Shown here in pieces: positions 3,907-5,791 of a stretch of 5,791 nucleotides of DNA (within the stretch, counting starts at the first letter, position 1; the number at the start of each line of letters is the position of its first letter). The translations under genes and the position numbers were made by a program. The notes below the pieces were generated by a model. That model did no database searches, was not told the DNA's origin, and saw nothing but the letters and a program-made list of their open reading frames with translations. Origin of the DNA: a virus (Duplodnaviria > Heunggongvirae > Uroviricota > Caudoviricetes). Where the stretch lies: the IMG/VR virus record IMGVR_UViG_3300013903_000037, one strand, 5' to 3'.

Positions 3907-5791
3907 ATGTTAGAAATTAACACTTCTAAAATTAAGAACACAGTTACATTTAGTGTAGATAAAGACAGCTTGAAAAAAGCGAAAGACTCTATTACAGGCT
4001 TAAAGGAATTCGCAGAAAATATCAAGCCAGCTAAATTAAGATTTGATATTGTCACTAAAGGCTATAAGAAAGCACAAAGTGAAGTAGACAAGATTGCTCA
4101 ACAGAAAGCTAAAACAGAAAAGCAGAATCAAAGAGCACAAGCTGCCGCAGCAAGAGCACAGGCAAGGCAACAGGCACAAATAGCAGCACGCAAGGAGAAA
4201 GCAGACTTAAAACTGTTAGACGTTGGATCAAGCATTAGTGCAATGCACCGTCTCTCTGTAGCGGAACAATACAAAGCTATTGCACAGGCTAGAGAAATTG
4301 CCCTCCAATATGAAAGAGGCGCTATTAGTCTGGCACGTATGAATAGCCAGATGAAACGCCTACAACAGCAACAACGTAAGATTAATGGCAACAGAAAAGC
4401 TCAATTAGCCCCCGTTAAGGGAGGAGGATCAGGGAATGCCGCCACTATGGGCGCTCTGTTATTTGGAGGCGCTACGGCTGCTGCTGGCGTGATGGCTGTT
4501 AGTAAAGCGTCGGAGTTTGTTAGTAGCAGTTTCGCTAACGCAGACACCCAAGGGGAGCTAATCCAACGTGCAAAGCTGGGTGGTGTAGACGTTAACCAGA
4601 TGTATAATATTACAGAATGGGCGTATAAAAACGGCGTTGACTCTATGATGGGTGATCAAGGGGCTAGAAAATACCTAGATCAGATGAAAGATGTTAGGGA
4701 ACGTGCCGCAAAATCCTATAGTGAAGCTGAATTGGTGAAAGACAAGAAAACCGGAAAATCAGGGAAATGGAAAGGCGGTGATAACGCTATTAATGAACTT
4801 CTAAACATCGGAGTTATTAACAAAAGCGACCTTAAAAAATTTGCTGATAATCCAGCCGGATTAATTTCTAAGGCTGTTAATGGAATGATGAAAAAAGGGT
4901 TTTCAGATTCTCAAATTGGACAACGTTTAGAAGACCTGGGCGATGATTTGATGCTTACATCAAAATATTGGCAACGTTCCGTTAAAGATGTACAAGAAAG
5001 TATTAACCAGCAAAAAGCCTCTGGAAAATGGCTAACAGAAACACAGCAAGACTCTATTGTTAAATTCAGAGAACTAAACAGACAGCTTTCACAGCTTTCT
5101 GATGCAAGACAAGTAGCATTCGTAGACGGCTTTATGAAATCTCTTGATCCAAAAGTAACGGAAGAGTTTTTGAAAAACCTTTCTAATCTCACTCCGTATT
5201 TTACGAAGCTGGGAGAAGCTACAGGAAGTCTCTTTGAGGCCATTATGAAGATTGTAAACTGGTTTAATCGTAATGATGATAAGACAGATGCTATTCAGAA
5301 AAATTTAGGTGATGCACCGCCATTAAGCAATGACGGAATGAAACAGAATCTTTCTAATCTCGTTCCTGATAAATATAAAGGCGCTGGCACTGCAACAACT
5401 ACACCTGATAATAGTCATTCTCTCTTTAACACGATTAAGGGATTGCTTTTCGATGATAATTCTTCTGTGTCAGATGTAAAAATGTCAGTCAGCGAAGCAC
5501 CGATAACCAATCTCAAACAGGGTGCTTTAAATAATCTTGCAATGACAACTCCGGCTTATAATTTATCTCCTGTGTTTAATCTGAATCCTACATTTGAAGT
5601 GGTAACAGAGGTTCCTCTTACTATTAATTCTGACACATCAAGATTAAGCGATTATGTGGATTTTACAGCGAGAGCAAGTCGGGATAGCTTCTTGAAATCA
5701 TTAACATTAACCAGCTTATCAGGACACGAAGATTATCAGGAAATAAAAGGCGTAAGATATCATCAGACAGATAAAGAACTTGTGCAGAAAG
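3907..5791 (+). CDS. Large virion-type protein, 3'-partial (at least 628 codons, no stop before the window end): N-terminal Q/A/R/K-rich predicted coiled-coil, Gly/Ala-rich hydrophobic glycine-zipper-like segment (residues about 172-199, nt 4420-4503), then a mixed Ser/Asn/Thr-rich region. Candidate internal core, ejection or tape-measure-like protein.
   Basis: Hand translation of frame 1 from ATG 3907 gives an uninterrupted reading frame to the end of the window. Absent from the ORF track, presumably because it has no stop inside the window. Ribosome-binding site AAGGGGGA (3893-3900), 6 nt before the ATG. Composition is typical of phage tape-measure or internal virion proteins. Confidence 0.7.
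   Translation, partial: MLEINTSKIKNTVTFSVDKDSLKKAKDSITGLKEFAENIKPAKLRFDIVTKGYKKAQSEVDKIAQQKAKTEKQNQRAQAAAARAQARQQAQIAARKEKADLKLLDVGSSISAMHRLSVAEQYKAIAQAREIALQYERGAISLARMNSQMKRLQQQQRKINGNRKAQLAPVKGGGSGNAATMGALLFGGATAAAGVMAVSKASEFVSSSFANADTQGELIQRAKLGGVDVNQMYNITEWAYKNGVDSMMGDQGARKYLDQMKDVRERAAKSYSEAELVKDKKTGKSGKWKGGDNAINELLNIGVINKSDLKKFADNPAGLISKAVNGMMKKGFSDSQIGQRLEDLGDDLMLTSKYWQRSVKDVQESINQQKASGKWLTETQQDSIVKFRELNRQLSQLSDARQVAFVDGFMKSLDPKVTEEFLKNLSNLTPYFTKLGEATGSLFEAIMKIVNWFNRNDDKTDAIQKNLGDAPPLSNDGMKQNLSNLVPDKYKGAGTATTTPDNSHSLFNTIKGLLFDDNSSVSDVKMSVSEAPITNLKQGALNNLAMTTPAYNLSPVFNLNPTFEVVTEVPLTINSDTSRLSDYVDFTARASRDSFLKSLTLTSLSGHEDYQEIKGVRYHQTDKELVQK

Noticed and set aside
4128-5243. Minus-strand ORFs 4128..4391 (87 aa) and 4911..5243 (110 aa) inside the large ORF
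   Set aside because: Antisense to the uninterrupted 628-codon + strand frame. The Cys/Ala/Leu-rich translation of 4128..4391 is simply the reverse complement of the GCA/CAG-rich coiled-coil coding region.
1-5791. Phage-specific promoter classes (T7-type 23-mer, T4 late TATAAATA)
   Set aside because: No T7-like RNA polymerase promoter consensus and no exact TATAAATA found; the only near match, TATAAATG at 1968-1975, overlaps a start codon. The one clear promoter is sigma70-like.

Overview
AT-rich window in which every supported gene is on the + strand; it reads as part of a bacteriophage or phage-derived element. No homology search was possible, so all functional calls beyond what is read directly are inference. 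Layout: (1) about 340 bp of non-coding DNA with an iteron-like repeat array, a periodic AT-rich tract and an inverted repeat (candidate origin or regulatory region); (2) a TTG-initiated small gene for a winged-helix-like DNA-binding protein; (3) a tightly coupled pair of small genes (basic 136 aa, acidic 112 aa) plus a possible overlapping 38-aa membrane peptide; (4) a near-consensus sigma70 promoter at 1652-1680 followed by about 220 nt of structured non-coding sequence ending in an intrinsic terminator, reminiscent of the lambda PR'-6S RNA-tR' antitermination cassette or a stand-alone small RNA; (5) a structural module: two small genes, a 342-aa major capsid protein that matches T7 gp10 as I remember it, a strong intrinsic terminator, a 66-aa gene, and a large ORF (at least 628 codons, running off the 3' end of the window) with a coiled-coil and a Gly/Ala-rich hydrophobic segment. 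No rRNA, tRNA, CRISPR array, integrase or transposase was recognised. The most interesting candidates are the promoter-RNA-terminator cassette, the capsid gene in a non-canonical neighbourhood, the large virion-type protein and the basic/acidic gene pair.
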